From assembly GCA_963664225.1 (NCBI GenBank), contig OY760937.1, forward strand, positions 2,816,001 to 2,880,000: DNA of 64,000 nt, written 5' to 3'. The notes under the pieces are model-generated. The model was given only the letters and a program-made list of their open reading frames with translations, ran no database searches and was not told the DNA's origin. The position numbers and the translations under genes are program-made. The stretch is from Verrucomicrobiia bacterium (lineage in GTDB: Bacteria; Verrucomicrobiota; Verrucomicrobiia; Limisphaerales; UBA1319). Below are positions 46,774 to 58,112 of this stretch, piece after piece; the first letter of the stretch is position 1, and every line of letters begins with the position of its first letter.

Positions 46774-49700
46774 TTATAAGGCGGGAGCCGGAGTTGCCCC
46801 GTCCGCAGGTTTCACCACAGGCGACGGGTTTTTCTTGAAGCCTAATTTCATCAAGGTGGTGTAAAACACCGGGGTCAGAAACAGCCCGAAAAGCGTCACG
46901 CCAATCATGCCGCTGAACACCGCGACCCCCATGGCCTGACGCATCTCGGCGCCGGCCCCATGCGACTTTACCAGAGGAAATACGCCGGCAATAAAGGCGA
47001 TGGAGGTCATCAGGATGGGCCGCAGGCGCAAACGGCAGGCTTCGATGGCCGCCTGGTAAGGCGGAAGCCCATTGTCCTGCTTGTGCTTGGCGAACTCGAC
47101 GATCAGGATGGCGTTCTTGCAAGCCAGGCCGACGAGCACAATCAGGCCGATTTGCGTAAATATATTATTGTCGCCGCCTTTGAGCCAGACTCCCGTGATG
47201 GCGAATAAAAGGCACATCGGCACGATGAGAATGATGGCCAGTGGAAGGCGAAAGCTCTCGTATAGAGCGGCAAGAACCAGGAACACAAGCAGGAGGCAAA
47301 GTGGATAAACATAGACGGCGGTGTTGCCCGCAAGGATGCGCTGGTAAGTCAGCTCGGTCCATTCGAAGGTCATGCCTTTGGGCATATTTTCGGATGCCAA
47401 TTTGGTGATGAGCTCCTCGGCCTGACCAGAGCTGAACCCCGGAGCCGGCCCGCCGTTGATTTCCGCCGCGGGGTAACCATTGTATCGCATGGCACGGTCG
47501 GGCCCGTGCGTTTCCGTCACCTTGACCAAAGTACCCAGCGGCACCATCTGGCCCTTGGAATTGCGGGTCTTCAACCGGGTGATGTCTTCCAGACGGTCGC
47601 GAAACGGCGCGTCGGCCTGGGCGATGACCTGGTAGGTCCGGCCAAAGCGGTTGAAATCGTTCACATAGAGCGAGCCGAGATAAATCTGCATCGACTCGAA
47701 TAAATTCTGCAGAGGCACCCCCTGTTGCTTGGCCTTGGCCCGGTCAATATCCGCGTCGAGTTGCGGCACATTCACCGTGAACGTCGAGAAGACACTGGCC
47801 AGACCGGGAGTCTGATAGCTTTTGCCGATGATGCCCTGCAGGTTTTGATAGAGCGCGTCATAGCCAAGATCGGCACGGTCTTCGACAAAAAGCCTGAACC
47901 CTCCAATGGTGCCGAGGCCCTGGACGGGCGGCGGAGGCACCGCCAGAATAAAGGCCTCCTGAATGGACCCGAATTGCTGGTTTAGCGCGGCGGCGATTGC
48001 CGGACCGCTGAGGTTGGGACGATTGCGCTCTTCGAATGGCCGCAGGGTGAAAAAGACAATCCCGGAATTGGGCGCGACGCTGAAGCCATTAATGCTCAAG
48101 CCGGGAAATGCGACCGCGCTTTCGACTCCGGGCTGCTTGAGACCGATGTCCGACATGTGCCGGATGACCGATTCCGTCCGGTCGAGCGAAGCCGCGTCCG
48201 GCAGTTGGGCGAAGGCCACGAGATATTGCTTGTCCTGGGTGGGCACGAAACCGGTCGGGACCTTGCCAAAACTCCAGCCGGTCAGAAACACCAGACCGGC
48301 ATAGACCAGCAGCGCGACAGCACTCTTGCGCAGCACCGCTCCGACGCCAGCCGAGTATTGATTTCCGGTCCAGGTAAAAAACCGGTTAAACGGACGGAAA
48401 AACCAGCCCAGCGCCCGGTCCATGAGTCGCGCAAACCAGTCCTTTGGGGCGCCATGTTCCTTGAGCAGGACGGCGCACAGCGCCGGAGATAGTGTCAGGG
48501 AGTTGAACGCGGAGATGACGGTGGAAATCGCGATGGTGATGGCAAACTGTTTATAAAACTGGCCGGTAAGACCACTGATGAATGCCGTGGGCACAAACAC
48601 CGCGCAGAGCACAAGCGCCGTGGCGACGATGGGACTCGTGACCTCGCTCATGGCCTGTTTTGCGGCATCGTGAGGGGACAAACCCAGGGCGATGTTCCGT
48701 TCGACGTTTTCAACAACCACGATGGCGTCATCGACCACGATGCCGATGGCCAGTACCAGCCCGAAGAGTGACAGATTGTTGATCGAAAAGCCCAGCGCCA
48801 GCATGACCGCAAATGTGCCCACGAGCGATACCGGCACCGCGGCCAGCGGAATGATCGAGGCGCGCCAGGTCTGGAGGAAGAGGATCACGACGATGACCAC
48901 CAGCAGGATCGCCTCGAGGAGCGTATGCACCACCGCCTCGATGGAATGACGGACAAAGATGGTGGGGTCGTAAACGACGGCGTAGTCCAGACCATCTGGA
49001 AAACTCCGCTTCAATTCTTCCATCGTCCGGCGGACTTCGGCGGAAAGTTGGAGCGCATTCGCACCGGGCGTCTGAAAAATCGGGATCGCCACGGCTGACT
49101 TGTTGTTCAGGAGCGAGCGCAACGCGTAGCTGTCCGCCCTGAGCTCGATGCGCGCCACGTCCTTGAGTAAAGTCTTTTCGCCATTGGGGCCGGTCTTGAG
49201 GATGATCTGTCCGAACTCTTCGGTGGAAATCAACCGGCCTTTGGCATTGATTTGCAGCTCAAACTGGACCGGCCGGTTCACCGGTTGCTGGCCAATCGCG
49301 CCCGCTGCAATCTGCACATTCTGTTCACGAATGGAGGCCACGACGTCGCTGGCGGTCAGATTCCTCGCGGCAATTTGATCCGGATTGAGCCAGATGCGCA
49401 TGGCATAGTCCCCGGAGCCAAAGACCCGCACGTCCCCCGCGCCGGGAATGCGCGCCAACACATCCTTGACCTGCAGCGAGGCGTAATTACGCAGATAGAC
49501 CTCGTCATAACGGCTGTCCGGTGAATACAAATGAACCACCATGGTGAGGTCCGGTGACTGCTTCGTGGTGGTGACGCCGAGTTGCCGAACCTCCTCCGGC
49601 AGCTTGGGCAGGGCCTGCGAAACCCGGTTCTGCACCTGGACCTGGGCCTTGTCCACGTCCGTGCCAAGCTTGAAGGTCACTGTCAGCGCCATCACGCCAT

Positions 49701-49959
49701 CGGGAGTGGCTTGAGAAAACATGTAGAGCGAATCCTCAACCCCGTTAATGGACTGTTCCAGCGGAGAGGCGACTGTTTCAGCAATGGTCTTGGGGTTGGC
49801 GCCCGGATAGGTGGCGCGGACCACGACGGTGGGAGGAACCACCTCGGGATACTCGCTGATGGGCAGGCGCCACATCGCAAGCAACCCGATGATGAAGATC
49901 AACATGGAAAGCACCCCGGCAAAGACAGGCCGCCGGATGAAGAAATGAGAGAAGTTCAT
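46774..49959 (-). CDS. HAE1 family multidrug efflux RND permease (MexF/OqxB-like)
   Basis: LPISEYPEVVPP, GIVVDDAIVVVEN, LACKNAILIVEFA, RLRPILMTS. Confidence 0.95.
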   Translation of the reverse strand: MNFSHFFIRRPVFAGVLSMLIFIIGLLAMWRLPISEYPEVVPPTVVVRATYPGANPKTIAETVASPLEQSINGVEDSLYMFSQATPDGVMALTVTFKLGTDVDKAQVQVQNRVSQALPKLPEEVRQLGVTTTKQSPDLTMVVHLYSPDSRYDEVYLRNYASLQVKDVLARIPGAGDVRVFGSGDYAMRIWLNPDQIAARNLTASDVVASIREQNVQIAAGAIGQQPVNRPVQFELQINAKGRLISTEEFGQIILKTGPNGEKTLLKDVARIELRADSYALRSLLNNKSAVAIPIFQTPGANALQLSAEVRRTMEELKRSFPDGLDYAVVYDPTIFVRHSIEAVVHTLLEAILLVVIVVILFLQTWRASIIPLAAVPVSLVGTFAVMLALGFSINNLSLFGLVLAIGIVVDDAIVVVENVERNIALGLSPHDAAKQAMSEVTSPIVATALVLCAVFVPTAFISGLTGQFYKQFAITIAISTVISAFNSLTLSPALCAVLLKEHGAPKDWFARLMDRALGWFFRPFNRFFTWTGNQYSAGVGAVLRKSAVALLVYAGLVFLTGWSFGKVPTGFVPTQDKQYLVAFAQLPDAASLDRTESVIRHMSDIGLKQPGVESAVAFPGLSINGFSVAPNSGIVFFTLRPFEERNRPNLSGPAIAAALNQQFGSIQEAFILAVPPPPVQGLGTIGGFRLFVEDRADLGYDALYQNLQGIIGKSYQTPGLASVFSTFTVNVPQLDADIDRAKAKQQGVPLQNLFESMQIYLGSLYVNDFNRFGRTYQVIAQADAPFRDRLEDITRLKTRNSKGQMVPLGTLVKVTETHGPDRAMRYNGYPAAEINGGPAPGFSSGQAEELITKLASENMPKGMTFEWTELTYQRILAGNTAVYVYPLCLLLVFLVLAALYESFRLPLAIILIVPMCLLFAITGVWLKGGDNNIFTQIGLIVLVGLACKNAILIVEFAKHKQDNGLPPYQAAIEACRLRLRPILMTSIAFIAGVFPLVKSHGAGAEMRQAMGVAVFSGMIGVTLFGLFLTPVFYTTLMKLGFKKNPSPVVKPADGATPAPAL

Positions 49960-50037
49960 GGAGTATGATCAGGATTAAAACCGGTGCCAAATGACACAAT
50001 TGACAAAATCGACACAGATGACACCCATCGGGACACG

Positions 50038-51279
50038 TTATTCGCGCTGCAAGGAATCCGCCGTTTTGGCGACCGCGCTTCGGCTTCGATAAAGACCGCT
50101 GGAATAAGGACTCAGGCTCGCCGAGGCGCTCTGCTGTTGCTCTTGCGGCGCCACCAGCATGCCGGGACGGACGCGTTGCAGGCCGTTGACGACAATCTCT
50201 TCAGTCCCCTGCAAACCGGATCGAACCACGCGCATTCCTTCCACTGCGGGACCGAGCTTCACGGATTGGTAGGCCACCGTATTTGAAGTGGTGAGTGTAA
50301 GGACATATTTCTGCGCCTGATCGGTGCCGATGGCACTCTCCTCAATCAGCATGGCCGGATGTCGATCACTCAGAGGCACACGAATACGAGCGAAAAGCCC
50401 TGGCAAAATGCGCCCGTCGGAATTCGGAAACACAGCTCTCAGGAGAATGCTGCCTGTGTTCGCATCAAGCCGGTTATCGAAGGACTCAATGTAACCCCGG
50501 TGGGAGAAATCCGTTTCGTCGGCAAGCTGCGCTTCGACGGGGATTCTGCCGTCGCCATCGGTTTCGAGGCTCTTGGTGTGTGCCAATGAATTGAATTTAA
50601 GGAGTGAATTCTCGTCGATGTCCGCATAAACGTAAACTGGATCCACGGAGACCAGCGTGGTCAGAACACTGGCCCCACCGGCCAGGCCGCTGACGTAGTT
50701 GCCCTGAGTCAGAAGCGCCCGGCTGACCCGCCCGTCTATGAGGGCGCGCACCTGGGTGTACTCAAGGTCGAGCCTGGCTGAATCAAGCGCCGCCTGTGTC
50801 GCGAGCAATGCGGCCTTGGCCTCCTGAAAGCGGGACTGCCGGGCATCGGCATCCTCGACTGAAATGGCCTTGTTCGACAGGAGTTGAGGCGTGCGTTCCG
50901 CCTCCCGCCGGGCATTGTCAAGCCGGACCCTCGCCTGCTCGGATTCCGCCTGGCGCTGATCAAAAGCAGCCTGATGCCAGCGAGGATCGATTACAAACAG
51001 CACATCCCCTTTTTTCACCAGTTGGCCTGACTGGAAGCGCACCTCCTGGATGTATCCAGAGACGCGCGGCCGCACTTCGACCGATTCCACCGGCTCGCTC
51101 CGCCCGGTGAATTCATCCCATTCCACAATCTCCTTCTGCGCCACCGGTGCGACAGTGACGTGGGGCAAAGGCTGCTTTTGAGGAGCCGCAACTTTTTGGC
51201 TGCAGCCGGTTGAAACGAGGACCACAAGACCCAACACGAGGCAAAGCGCCTCCAGACGTAAAATGTTTCTTTGTTTCAT
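50038..51279 (-). CDS. Efflux RND periplasmic adaptor (MexE-like) lipoprotein
   Basis: Lipobox STGC, EWDEFTGR, VRPRVSG, PGLFAR, VNGLQRVRPG. Confidence 0.92.
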   Translation of the reverse strand: MKQRNILRLEALCLVLGLVVLVSTGCSQKVAAPQKQPLPHVTVAPVAQKEIVEWDEFTGRSEPVESVEVRPRVSGYIQEVRFQSGQLVKKGDVLFVIDPRWHQAAFDQRQAESEQARVRLDNARREAERTPQLLSNKAISVEDADARQSRFQEAKAALLATQAALDSARLDLEYTQVRALIDGRVSRALLTQGNYVSGLAGGASVLTTLVSVDPVYVYADIDENSLLKFNSLAHTKSLETDGDGRIPVEAQLADETDFSHRGYIESFDNRLDANTGSILLRAVFPNSDGRILPGLFARIRVPLSDRHPAMLIEESAIGTDQAQKYVLTLTTSNTVAYQSVKLGPAVEGMRVVRSGLQGTEEIVVNGLQRVRPGMLVAPQEQQQSASASLSPYSSGLYRSRSAVAKTADSLQRE

Positions 51280-51317
51280 AGTATTTGAATCGGCAAATTC
51301 GCTTTTTCGATCTGCCA

Positions 51318-52085
51318 TCACTGGGCAGTCCAACCCCCATCCGCCGCCAGGCAGGCGCCGGTCACGAAGGAGGCCTTTTCCGAGCAAAGCCAGAGGACGG
51401 CTTCGGCAATCTCTTCAGGATGACCGAGGCGGCCAATTGGATGCATGCCGGCCAGACGGTTGAAAAAATCGGTACCCGGGCCCCCCGTGAAGCGGTTGAG
51501 CATTGGGGTTTCGATGCCGCCTGGAGCCACCGCGTTGATGCGAATACCTTGTTTGCCGTATTCCAACGCTGCCGTCCTGGTGAGACCCAACACCGCGTGT
51601 TTGCTGGCCACATAAACACTTACTCCGGGGAAGCCAATCAGGCCGCCCACGGAGGCGTTGTTAACAATCGCACCACCGCCACTCTTTAACATCGCTGCGA
51701 TCTCATGTTTCATCGTGAGCAGAACACCCAGGACGTTCGTGTTCATGACTGCCTGGTAATTTTCGACCGATTGCTCGTGTGTTTGTTTTCCCACTTCGCC
51801 TTCGATGCCGGCATTATTGAAAGCCGCATCGATCCGCCCGTAGGCGGCGAGCGTTTCGGCCACCAAGCGCTCCACCTCGGCTTCGTTGGACACGTCAGCC
51901 CTGACGAACCTGCCCTGGCCTCCCGCCTTCTTTAGCACCGCGATGGTTTCATTCCCTTCGGTCTCACGCCGTCCGGAAATGACAACTTTTGCACCGGCCC
52001 CTGCGAAGGCGAGCGCGGCTGCGCGGCCAATTCCGCTGCCACCGCCGGTCACGAGAACAACCTTTTTTTCCATCAATAGTATCAT
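51318..52085 (-). CDS. SDR family oxidoreductase
   Basis: TGGGSGIG, NNAG, YVASK, NAVAPG, DGG. Confidence 0.95.
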   Translation of the reverse strand: MILLMEKKVVLVTGGGSGIGRAAALAFAGAGAKVVISGRRETEGNETIAVLKKAGGQGRFVRADVSNEAEVERLVAETLAAYGRIDAAFNNAGIEGEVGKQTHEQSVENYQAVMNTNVLGVLLTMKHEIAAMLKSGGGAIVNNASVGGLIGFPGVSVYVASKHAVLGLTRTAALEYGKQGIRINAVAPGGIETPMLNRFTGGPGTDFFNRLAGMHPIGRLGHPEEIAEAVLWLCSEKASFVTGACLAADGGWTAQ

Positions 52086-52156
52086 AAGCGTGTTTTATTG
52101 GCAACATTCGCACACCTACTTTACTTTGGCGCGAGTCGCCCCGTGCGCGACTGCAT

Positions 52157-52172
52157 GCTATTTCCATGCCAA
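52157..52172 (-). promoter_or_regulatory. Putative sigma54 (-24/-12) promoter for the SDR-RND operon
   Basis: Minus strand TTGGCATGGAAATAGC (GG-N10-GC), about 70 nt upstream of the SDR start and divergent from a sigma54 activator. Confidence 0.65.
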
Positions 52173-52351
52173 CCAGGCTTTTCACCGCGACTAATCGCTG
52201 CAATTTGTTGGCAATGAAGCCACTGCATCATTTTTGCCATCGAACCTGTTCATGGCCTGAACAACACGCCGAAACGTTTTCAACTTTAAAGCGTGATCGG
52301 AACAACGACGCCACGTTGCGCGGAGTGTCGTCCTGGCCTATGTTCCGTTCC

Positions 52352-53782
<1,431 letters not shown>

Positions 53783-53951
53783 CGTTCCCAGCGCTTTCTA
53801 GGCGCTCCCAAAACCGGTTTTTCAGCATGTCTATTCTATGTAAACGGCGGCTTAAGTCGAATGGCACTAATATAGAGTGGAAGATACGTGATTTCAGCTA
53901 TTTGCGCTTTCTCACTCCCGGCACCTTTTCCAGGATGGTCTTGAGGGTCAG

Positions 53952-56336
53952 GTGGTTCAGGGCAGCCGTACGGTGCCTTTCAATCTCGAAGGTTTCGCCC
54001 CCAGCATCTCGGGAGCCAGCAACAGCTTCGTAGTGCAAGTGCGCGCGACGGATACCGGCGGCAATGTGGGAGTCTCGACACCGACGGTCATCCACTTGCT
54101 TCACGACACCACCCCGCCCGTGCTGCTGCGGACGGACCCGGCCGAAGGCGAAGTGAAATTCCGCGGCCTTGATACTGTTCGTCTATTCCTTTCGGAACCC
54201 CTGGCCACCACCAGCCTGGTCGCTGCGAATTTCGAAATAACCCACGAGAGTGGGCACGTCACCCGCCCCACTGCCTTTACCCTGCGCGACTTCAATCGAG
54301 AAGTGGAACTGAAGATCCCCCCCTTGGATCAGCCCGGGAACTATCGGTTGATCATTCACGCGGCCACGGTCACCGACGGAGCAGGGAATCCTCTGGGAAG
54401 AGCGGATATCATCAGCGCGTTTAGCTTGTTGCGATATTCCATCCGCTGGGCTCGGCTCGACGCGGGCAATTGGTTTACCGCGACGAATTGGATCCCACCC
54501 CGGGTCCCGCTATCCAACGACTGGGTTTACATTGGCCCCAGTTCCACGAACACCTTCGTCCAGATCTACACGCGCACGCCGGCCACTCCGGATTTGGACC
54601 GGGTGCGTGTTCGAGGTCTGGAGTCCGAGTGCGACCTGGTGCTTTTTTACGCGGACCTCCACGTCGATGAACCCTTCGTGGCCAATGGCTGGCTCTACTT
54701 GACCGCCAGCAAACTGACCGACACGCTGTTCGTGCCCGGAACAAATTCCGGATTGGGATATGGTCGCGTCATTTCGAACCCATTTGTCACCAAAGAAGGC
54801 TTCTTCTCCGTGCTCGACGGAGTGACGATTCGGGGTAATTTGACGCTCGCGCCGGGTAATTACAACCTCATGAATAGCCTGACCTTGGAAGGACATGCTT
54901 ATGGCAGGCGCGACCGAAATATCAACAATACCGCGGTCCTCAACGCCACCCGTGACACCGTCATTCAGGGACCGGGCACGTTCCACGATTTGCCCCTCGA
55001 TATCGCCAGCGCGGAGTTGAACGCCCCGAATCGGCAAGGACCCTTGGTGACCATCGGTTCAGACGTAACCTTCAGGGGTGCTCTGGAGATGGCGATGGAA
55101 GGCGCCTCATGCCGACTCATCAACCGCGGCCAGCTGCTGGCCGATGAACCGCTCCCGTTTGCCGGAGGATCCTACTATTCGCGGATCATCATGAACGGCG
55201 GCCAAACGGGTACGAACGAAGCCTTGATCAACGAGGGAACGATCGAGGTCAGCAACGGCTATCGGCTTCTTGTCTCAGGAGCTGCCAACACGCTCCTGGT
55301 CAATCGAGGAAACCTTAAAGCCGATACCAACGCCTTTCTTTGGTTAAGTGTACCCCTCGTGGCTCAAAAAATCCTTTGCGAAACGGGCGGCGTGGTGCAG
55401 CTTGCCAATGCTCCCTTGATGACGGAATCTGGCCAGGTCTCGGAACTATCTGGGCCCGGCCGTTGGTTTGCCATCAACCCCCAATTCCAAGGCGGAACCA
55501 TTCGTCTAACGCATGGCGCGACGCTGGAAGGATCGGCCACTTTTGACAACGTCATCTTCGAAGGGGAGTTACACAATTACGACTGGTATAATTCACGCAA
55601 GCTGGACTTGCCGGGTTATATCTCGAGCTATGGTAGAGAGGTGCTCGTCCGGACGAACCTGACACTGAACGGCTTGATCGCGTTTCATGGCCAATCCCCG
55701 TCGGACGGCGGAGGGCGTCTTAATTTCTACGGGAATCAATCCCGGCTCGACGGCCAGGGCCGTGTGGACTTTCAAAGCAGCAGTCACGCCAACCAGGTGG
55801 CGAGCGGATTCGGGGATCTCAGCGGATTGCTCACGATCGGGCCGAACATCACCATCCAGGGCAAAGCCGTGACCATCGGCAATACCGCGGGCAGTTACGG
55901 CCAGCCTCCCTACGTTGAGAATCAAGGCACCCTGCTGACACAGCCGGATGACTACCTGAATCTGGGCACCTACGGTTTCACGAACGCGGGCGTGATCCAT
56001 ATCGCGGGAACGAACATGGTCGGCGCCATGTTCAACTTCGCCCAGACCGCCACTGGCAGGCTGGATTTTGAAGTCACCGGTACCGCTACGGGCCCGGTCA
56101 ATGGAAAGTTAACGATCCCCGGTGCCGCGACACTGGACGGCGCGGTCGCGCTGAGTTTGATCGCGCCCTTTCAGGCCGCGGCGGGTGACTCGTTTGAACT
56201 GCTCGCTTATGCATCCGCCCAGGGGCGATTCACCTCGCTCCAAACACCACCTGCTCCCGCAGGCCTTGAATGGGTGGCCGAATACAATCCAACGAGCTTC
56301 CGCCTCAAGCTCCGCGTCGTGGGTTCCCTACCATGA
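53952..56336 (+). CDS. Large extracellular protein fragment (Ig-like domain plus beta-helix/passenger-like region), probably 5'-truncated
   Basis: VRATDTGGNVG, DTTPP, LSEPL, VTDGAGNPL, GNWFTATNW, NxG repeats. No signal peptide, and an in-frame stop at 53889. Confidence 0.7.
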   Translation: MVQGSRTVPFNLEGFAPSISGASNSFVVQVRATDTGGNVGVSTPTVIHLLHDTTPPVLLRTDPAEGEVKFRGLDTVRLFLSEPLATTSLVAANFEITHESGHVTRPTAFTLRDFNREVELKIPPLDQPGNYRLIIHAATVTDGAGNPLGRADIISAFSLLRYSIRWARLDAGNWFTATNWIPPRVPLSNDWVYIGPSSTNTFVQIYTRTPATPDLDRVRVRGLESECDLVLFYADLHVDEPFVANGWLYLTASKLTDTLFVPGTNSGLGYGRVISNPFVTKEGFFSVLDGVTIRGNLTLAPGNYNLMNSLTLEGHAYGRRDRNINNTAVLNATRDTVIQGPGTFHDLPLDIASAELNAPNRQGPLVTIGSDVTFRGALEMAMEGASCRLINRGQLLADEPLPFAGGSYYSRIIMNGGQTGTNEALINEGTIEVSNGYRLLVSGAANTLLVNRGNLKADTNAFLWLSVPLVAQKILCETGGVVQLANAPLMTESGQVSELSGPGRWFAINPQFQGGTIRLTHGATLEGSATFDNVIFEGELHNYDWYNSRKLDLPGYISSYGREVLVRTNLTLNGLIAFHGQSPSDGGGRLNFYGNQSRLDGQGRVDFQSSSHANQVASGFGDLSGLLTIGPNITIQGKAVTIGNTAGSYGQPPYVENQGTLLTQPDDYLNLGTYGFTNAGVIHIAGTNMVGAMFNFAQTATGRLDFEVTGTATGPVNGKLTIPGAATLDGAVALSLIAPFQAAAGDSFELLAYASAQGRFTSLQTPPAPAGLEWVAEYNPTSFRLKLRVVGSLP

Positions 56337-56910
56337 ACCTATTACACGACCGTGATTTGTTAAACCGAAATTCGAAATACGAAGGGCCTGGATGATGCAA
56401 TGCTTTGAGACAGCCAAGATTTACAATCGACGAAGGTGTATTAAATCAATACTCCACAGCCGATTTCAAACGAACCTGCCCCCGGAACTGATCGCATCTG
56501 GCCAGGCTCATCCAATGCCGCCAGGGCCTAAGAATCCTGCCTGAAAGTTGACGCGCATGGTGGCCTCAAAAGTCCTGTAATGGGGCCACGAATGCGTCAA
56601 ATGCTCTTAGCGGGCCCCACTGCTCGCACCATGGAATTCACAAATTGGCCGGGCTGCACGGGGTGGCGGAGCCGGTTTGCCGGGTGAGTGATTTTGACAC
56701 CGCGCCCTCAAAGTTATTGAGGACGTTAGTCCAATCCAGAGTGGGTTCCCGCGCAATCTTTGGCTTTGACCTGCCCTTATCGAAAAGCACAATAATTCTT
56801 TGTTGGTGATGCACTTTGGGTTGATTCGGAACCCTTAGGAAGGGCGATTTTTCGGTGGCCCGCTCTGCAGGTTTGTCGCACTATTCAGGGGGGCGGTGAG
56901 CGGCGGGAAA

Positions 56911-57059
56911 CGACTTTCGATGATACCCCCCGGAAGCACCTACGCCTGGTTCAAGAACTTCTGTTTATGCTCCAGGCCCGCGCATTCATATCGCTGCCTC
57001 AGCTTGCCCAACACTTCCTCTCGGGTCTTCTGACTCATGGTTTTGTCCATTCCGGCCAT
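56911..57059 (-). mobile_element. Transposase N-terminal remnant (ISNCY-like), degraded
   Basis: MSQKTREEVLGKLRQRY, then (shifted) EHKQKFLNQA*, then GYHRKS. Confidence 0.55.
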
Positions 57060-57134
57060 GGTAACACCCACTTCTGGCGCAACGATCCCTTTTACCAACT
57101 TTCCCGCCCCGCCTCCGATAACAAAACTTTTGTC

Positions 57135-58112
57135 TCAATTCGCCAGTAGCGGGCGAATGGTACGGTGACTGAGGCGCTTTTCGGCCAGGTTGCGCAAGCT
57201 TTCCAGAAAAACGGCGGTGAAGATAACGACGCTGATGACCATGGAATAGAGGTATGGATTGGCGTTCATGATGACGAGGCCGTTCTCAATGGTCTGAATC
57301 AGGAGAGCACCCAGCAATGTTCCAGGCAAAACGCTGCCTCGCCCCCCGAAGAGGCTGGTCCCGCCCAGCACAGCGGCGGCGATGGCGGCGAATTCTTTTT
57401 GCTCGCCGAATTTCGGTGACACCGCGCCGAGCTGGCCCAGCGAAACCATCGCGGCCACGGCGGCGCAAAGTCCGCTTATGAGATACACCTTTGTGAGTAT
57501 GATGCCAGTGCGCAAACCGGCCTTCCGGGCGGCCTCGACGTCGTGACCCACGGCATAGACCTGCCGGCCAAAGGTGGTGCGTGTGAGTGTGAGATGCGCG
57601 ACAACGAGCAGGCCGCCGAAGATCCATGCGGGCAAGGGCACGCCCAGGAGCTGCGCCGTGCCCAGTTGCAGAAAGCCATCGGGCAGATTCATCGCGCGGG
57701 TCTCCGTGATGCGCAGGCCAAGTCCGCGCCCGATAAACAGGGTGGCGAGTGTGACGATGAAGGCGACCACGCGGACTCGCGTGATGAAGAAGGCATTGAA
57801 CGCCCCACAGACGAGGCCGATCGCGAGCATCGCCAGCAGGGATATTGGCAATGGCAATCCTGCAAGCGCCATTTTCCCCGCCACCGCCGCAGCCACAAAC
57901 ATGATGGCGCCGACGGACAAATCCACCCCGGCCGTGAGCAATACGAAGGTCATTCCAATTGCGACTATCCCAGTCGAGGAAGACTGTACGAAGATATTCA
58001 CCAGGTTGCGCGGCTCCAGGAATTTCGGTGACTGTGCGCCAAAGAATACCAGCACCACCCCAAAAAGTAACAGGGGCGCAAAGTCGAGCAGACGTTGGGC
58101 AAAGCGGTTCAC
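57135..58112 (-). CDS. Sugar ABC transporter permease (RbsC-like)
   Basis: GMTFVLLTAGVDLSVG, FGRQVYAVG, AIAAAVLGGTSLFGGRG. Confidence 0.93.
   Translation of the reverse strand: MNRFAQRLLDFAPLLLFGVVLVFFGAQSPKFLEPRNLVNIFVQSSSTGIVAIGMTFVLLTAGVDLSVGAIMFVAAAVAGKMALAGLPLPISLLAMLAIGLVCGAFNAFFITRVRVVAFIVTLATLFIGRGLGLRITETRAMNLPDGFLQLGTAQLLGVPLPAWIFGGLLVVAHLTLTRTTFGRQVYAVGHDVEAARKAGLRTGIILTKVYLISGLCAAVAAMVSLGQLGAVSPKFGEQKEFAAIAAAVLGGTSLFGGRGSVLPGTLLGALLIQTIENGLVIMNANPYLYSMVISVVIFTAVFLESLRNLAEKRLSHRTIRPLLAN

Noticed and set aside
46772..47122. N-terminal extension of the outer membrane factor ORF (45221-47122)
   Set aside because: It overlaps the RND gene in another frame. A start at 46771 or later fits the operon.
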